19,806 nucleotides of DNA, taken from a virus. Lineage: Duplodnaviria; Heunggongvirae; Uroviricota; Caudoviricetes. Shown here in pieces: positions 15,766 to 19,806 of the stretch (the stretch's first letter is position 1; the number at the start of each line of letters is the position of its first letter). The stretch covers positions 1 through 19,806 of the IMG/VR virus record IMGVR_UViG_2711768067_000013, one strand, 5' to 3'. A program made the translations under genes and the position numbers. A model generated the notes under the pieces. The model made no database searches, was not told where the DNA came from, and saw nothing but the letters and a program-made list of their open reading frames with translations.

Positions 15766-16677
15766 TTATATGTAATCAGGTAGTGAATTCAAAGCCATCA
15801 CTCTTTCTCTTTCTTTTTCTGTCATTTCTCTCATAACAATTTGAGATAGCGCTAATGTTATCTCCTTTGTTTTATTGAAGGCTTCTTTGGTATATGTTTT
15901 CCTTCCATACTCAAGTTCATTAAATGTCCCCATAATCCATTTGAGATAGAATAATGGGATGGCTAGATCACTTATATCCTGCCATCTCGTAATCGCTTTA
16001 TATTCATTCCAAAAATAATCCTCAAAATGCTTATCACAATCACCTTTACACGCATAATAAACCGCTATCACCTCATTTGGTTTGTCATCGTGTATGATCT
16101 CTGCATTGCACACAATGCCATCATAATTTTCTTCATGATGGTTTTCTATTAAGTCCTTTCCACAACGATCACATTTTATAGGTAAGTACTTATCAAAAAT
16201 CAAATGCTTGGGTTTTATTTTTTTATAGCTCTCAGGAAAGTATCTAAGGAGTAGTTTTGAGTAACCAATTCTGACTAAGTGATTTTCAATTAATTTACCA
16301 TCAAAGAATCGAAAGTCCTTTATTTTTCCATTCTCTTTTAATTGCGTCATTCTTGAATTTAAACCACTACTTGGCAGTGTTGAGTAAAATCCAATAAATC
16401 CGTCGGCATTGAATCCATCAATACGTTCTTGTATATTAATCTCATCCTTTTCTGAAACTGATTTTTTACTTGTTGCATAATGTTTACAGCTAACAAGCCA
16501 ACGAAATTTATATTTATTTAACTGACCTTGCAATTGCTCTGTGATTAAAAGATCTTTACCTCCATCTGCACCTCTATCTGGCGCGGATTCAATATAAAAG
16601 CCAAGTTCTTCAAGAAAATCACGGGCAAATGACTCCCAGGCTTCACCGTCACTATCAATTTCAGTAAAGTTAATCAT
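15766..16677 (-). CDS. Mrr-like (type IV restriction endonuclease catalytic fold) N-terminal domain fused to a Cys/His-rich C-terminal domain (303 aa)
   Basis: ATG at 16677 with GGGAG 9 nt upstream. N-terminal motifs RGADGGKDLLI and WLVSCKHY fit the Mrr_cat pattern. The C-terminus has CDRCGKD, CNAEI and CKGDCDKH. AT-rich gene. Confidence 0.65.
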   Translation of the reverse strand: MINFTEIDSDGEAWESFARDFLEELGFYIESAPDRGADGGKDLLITEQLQGQLNKYKFRWLVSCKHYATSKKSVSEKDEINIQERIDGFNADGFIGFYSTLPSSGLNSRMTQLKENGKIKDFRFFDGKLIENHLVRIGYSKLLLRYFPESYKKIKPKHLIFDKYLPIKCDRCGKDLIENHHEENYDGIVCNAEIIHDDKPNEVIAVYYACKGDCDKHFEDYFWNEYKAITRWQDISDLAIPLFYLKWIMGTFNELEYGRKTYTKEAFNKTKEITLALSQIVMREMTEKERERVMALNSLPDYI

Positions 16678-16925
16678 TTGTTAACTCCCAAGCGTTGAGA
16701 TATTTTTATATCTGTATTGTGGGCTTATTATAAGCGAGTGTAATTATAATATCATACTAACAGACACAACTTCCGCTTCTGGTACATAGCAGACCAGAGA
16801 CACTGGCGTAAAGCCATGGAGGATCGGTGGGAGGAGGTAAAAATCCTCTCATGCAAAAAATACGCAAAATCGATAACAGTTGGAAATCATTCAATACTCG
16901 CACTATCGGAAGTTCACCAGCCAGT

Positions 16926-16958
16926 CGTAGCACGTTCTTGCATACGACGTGGCTACGG
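16926..16958. repeat. Degenerate second copy of the pin terminator hairpin (direct repeat of 17947-17982), flanking the GIY-YIG gene on the left
   Basis: cgtagcacgttcttgcatacgacgtggctacgg aligns with ccgcagcacgatcttcttgcatacgacgtgctacgg, with small indels. Confidence 0.5.
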
Positions 16959-17054
16959 GTTTCGAGACCGCTCCAATCATCAAACGAAACATAAAATTAA
17001 TTCACATTATGAGGAAAAGTATCTTTTTTATACTATGTAAATTCAAAGGCTTAG

Positions 17055-17924
<870 letters not shown>

Positions 17925-17940
17925 GTCTTTAAGTGATAAG

Positions 17941-17982
17941 CATAAACCGCAGCACGATCTTCTTGCATACGACGTGCTACGG
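17941..17982 (-). terminator. Rho-independent terminator of the pin gene
   Basis: On the minus strand CCGTAGCACG pairs with CGTGCTGCGG (one mismatch) around a 16-nt loop, followed by TTTATG; begins 2 nt after the pin stop. Confidence 0.5.
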
Positions 17983-17984
17983 TT

Positions 17985-18546
17985 TCATTTATCTCCGACC
18001 GGAAACTTCTTATACAGTGTCGATATACCAACATCATAGATGATCGCCACCTTCTGGCGAGGAACGCCTGATGCAATTAATCGTCCGGCCTGCTCCCATT
18101 GTTCTGGTGTAAGTTTGGGACGACGTCCACCAATTCGTCCCTGTGCGCGAGCAGCTTCCAGTCCAGCTTTTGTTCGTTCAACAATCAGTTCACGCTCCAT
18201 TTCAGCCAGGGCACCCATCACATGAAAGAAAAAGCGCCCCATTGGGGTACTGGTATCAATTGAATCCGTCAGACTACGAAAGTTGATGCCTCGTTCGCGC
18301 AACTCCTCCACCAGCACGACAAGATGCCGCATACTGCGCCCCCAGTCTGTCCAGCTTCCAGACAACCAGCGTGTCTCCTGCCGATAGTGTCCTGAGCAGC
18401 TTTTTCAGCCCCGGTCTGTCGGACTTGGTGCCACTGATTTTATCCTCAAAAATCCGCTCACATCCCGCACAGTTCAGTGCATTGCGTTGCAAATCGGTGT
18501 TCTGGTCATTTGTTGACACGCGTACATAGCCAATAAGCATGATCAT
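17985..18546 (-). pseudogene. pin: Pin/Gin/Hin-family serine DNA invertase, disrupted by a +1 frameshift in a C5 run (18339-18343, plus strand)
   Basis: N-terminal ORF (18274-18546) reads MLIGYVRVSTNDQNTDLQ…WKLDRLG, then goes out of frame. C-terminal ORF (17985-18365) reads …GRSMRHLVVLVEELRERGINFRSLTDSIDTSTPMGRFFFHVMGALAEMERE…. Removing one G from the GGGGG run restores WKLDRLGRSMRHL. May be a sequencing error. Confidence 0.7.
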
Positions 18547-18567
18547 CCCCCTGAATAAAAACCGGAG

Positions 18568-19074
18568 ATGATGCCAGTTAGCCGTTATCTCTGCATTTTC
18601 ATAAACGTTGGTTTGGGAGAAGGTTCGGCGTTACCCGTTGGTGTGCCTGTTCCGTGGCCTGCAGCCACTCCGCCAACAGGCTGGCTGAAATGCAATGGTG
18701 CGGCTTTTTCTGCTGAAGAATACCCAGAACTGGCAAAGGCTTACCCGACAAATAAATTGCCTGATTTACGTGGTGAGTTTATGCGTGGCTGGGATGATGG
18801 AAGAGGCGTTGATAGTGGCAGGGGGATTCTCACTGCGCAATCTCATGGTATGCCGTCTATTTCAGGAACGTTTAATGGTCTTTTTGCTGTTAAACAAACA
18901 AATGGTTTAGGTGGTGTTTCTGTAGCAAAAAGTAAAAATGCTGAAACTTTATCTACTTCATCTGGATCAGGTTCCGTGTTTGATTACACGTTTAATGTCA
19001 GCGGTTCGACTCCGGTATCACCAGAACTTCGTCCGCGTAATATTGCATTTAACTATATCGTGAGGGCCGCATAA
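18568..19074 (+). CDS. Tail-fibre protein C-terminal (variable, receptor-binding) segment; probably a silent cassette lacking its constant 5' part in this orientation
   Basis: Translation PVGVPVPWPAATPPTGWLKCNGAAFSAEEYPELAKAYPTNKLPDLRGEFMRGWDDGRGVDSGRG is typical of tail-fibre C-termini. The first ~15 codons read through the crossover site and are probably not native N-terminus. Confidence 0.65.
   Translation: MMPVSRYLCIFINVGLGEGSALPVGVPVPWPAATPPTGWLKCNGAAFSAEEYPELAKAYPTNKLPDLRGEFMRGWDDGRGVDSGRGILTAQSHGMPSISGTFNGLFAVKQTNGLGGVSVAKSKNAETLSTSSGSGSVFDYTFNVSGSTPVSPELRPRNIAFNYIVRAA
18597..18622. other. hix/gix/pix-like 26-bp crossover site for the DNA invertase
   Basis: ttttcataaacgttggtttgggagaa; reverse complement TTCTCCCAAACCAACGTTTATGAAAA has imperfect dyad symmetry resembling invertase sites. 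Lies 50 bp upstream of pin, at the start of the tail-fibre cassette. Confidence 0.5.
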
Positions 19075-19676
19075 TGAATAATGCAGAATTAAATAGTGAA
19101 TTGATTGCTACTGCGGCAGGGAATATTACCGTTTATAACTATGATTGTGAAACACGAGAATATATTTCCACATCAACTGAATATCTTGCTGTGGGTGTCG
19201 GTATCCCGGCATGTTCCTGTCTGGATACACCAGGTATACATAAGGCGGGTTATGCAATATGCCGCTCTGTGGATTTAAATTCATGGGAATATGTGCCAGA
19301 CCATCGAGGTGAAATTGTCTATAGCACCGAAACGGGAGATACCAAAGAAATCACAGTGCCAGGCGACTATCCCGAAAATACAACCACTATCGCCCCGTTA
19401 ACGCCATACGATAAATGGGATGGTGAGAAATGGGTGACCGATATTGAGGCACAGCATAGCGCCGCAGTAGACGCGGCAGAAGCGCATCGCCAATCGCGGA
19501 TTGATGCTGCAATGGCTTCCATCAGTCTGATTCAGCTGAAATTGCAGGCCGGACGTAAACTGACGCAGGCAGAAACAACCCGGCTTAACGCTGTGCTGGA
19601 TTACATTGACGCGGTGGTGGCAACAGATACCAGCACCGCGCCGGATGTCATCTGGCCTGAACTACCGGAGGCGTAG
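19074..19676 (+). CDS. tfa: Tail-fibre assembly protein (Tfa/U-like)
   Basis: ATG overlaps the upstream stop (TAATG). C-terminus …TDTSTAPDVIWPELPEA is typical of Tfa chaperones. Confidence 0.8.
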   Translation: MNNAELNSELIATAAGNITVYNYDCETREYISTSTEYLAVGVGIPACSCLDTPGIHKAGYAICRSVDLNSWEYVPDHRGEIVYSTETGDTKEITVPGDYPENTTTIAPLTPYDKWDGEKWVTDIEAQHSAAVDAAEAHRQSRIDAAMASISLIQLKLQAGRKLTQAETTRLNAVLDYIDAVVATDTSTAPDVIWPELPEA

Positions 19677-19806
19677 GCCATTCAATATCTGGAGCACTGG
19701 AAATATCGACCATTTCCAGTGCATCCAGATAATCCAGCCACAAATTATATTGTGCCAGTTCCTCACCTTTCAGACGACCGATAGCTGCTTTACCAGGCCA
19801 TTGCTT
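19648..19806 (-). CDS. 3' end of a second, oppositely oriented tail-fibre assembly gene (start lies beyond the window)
   Basis: Minus-strand translation ends …KQWPGKAAIGRLKGEELAQYNLWLDYLDALEMVDISSAPDIEWPTPPVVQAR, sharing the APD(V/I)xWP motif with the plus-strand Tfa; the 3' ends overlap by ~29 bp. Confidence 0.65.
   Translation of the reverse strand, partial: KQWPGKAAIGRLKGEELAQYNLWLDYLDALEMVDISSAPDIEWPTPPVVQAR

Noticed and set aside
16816-17040. Track ORF 16816-17040 (+), 74 aa
   Set aside because: Spans the duplicated terminator sequence and divergent promoter region; no RBS; more likely noncoding.
18040-18910. Track ORFs 18040-18225 (+) and 18695-18910 (+)
   Set aside because: The first is antisense to pin; the second is an alternative frame inside the tail-fibre cassette.

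Overview
This window reads as Enterobacteriaceae accessory DNA made of two horizontally acquired blocks, after the 3' end of a LysR-family regulator gene (1-411). Block 1 (about 528-13646) is a ~13.1-kb island bracketed by direct repeats of a tRNA-Thr(CGU) 3' end (19-nt core at 538-556; 46-nt tRNA fragment at 13601-13646). It carries a tyrosine integrase (699-1976) and a long minus-strand gene array: an AT-rich block of small regulatory-looking proteins (7634-10012, including a 55-aa RHH-like ORF missing from the ORF track) and a virion-structural-like block (2057-6650) with 343-aa and 613-aa coiled-coil/Gly-rich proteins. The two blocks are separated by ~930 bp of noncoding DNA with terminator-like hairpins. 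The island also has a 1.7-kb noncoding region with a repeat family, an AT-rich tract and an iteron-like array of TGTAAC/GTTACA palindromes (11054-11224), followed by a small serine recombinase (11727-12278). No terminase, portal, primase or helicase is evident, so it is not a complete prophage; it may be a satellite-like element or a decayed remnant. Block 2 (13647-19806) looks like the invertase-proximal end of a prophage. It holds three unrelated nuclease-domain genes (PD-(D/E)xK plus DnaJ-type zinc finger; Mrr-like; GIY-YIG) and a short tyrosine recombinase whose RBS and start codon sit inside a perfect 15-9-15 inverted repeat. These are followed by a frameshifted Pin-type invertase, a hix/gix-like crossover site and an invertible tail-fibre segment. 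No rRNA, intact tRNA, CRISPR array or IS transposase was seen. All calls come from reading the sequence and recalled family signatures; no database search or computation was run, and compositional statements are by eye.
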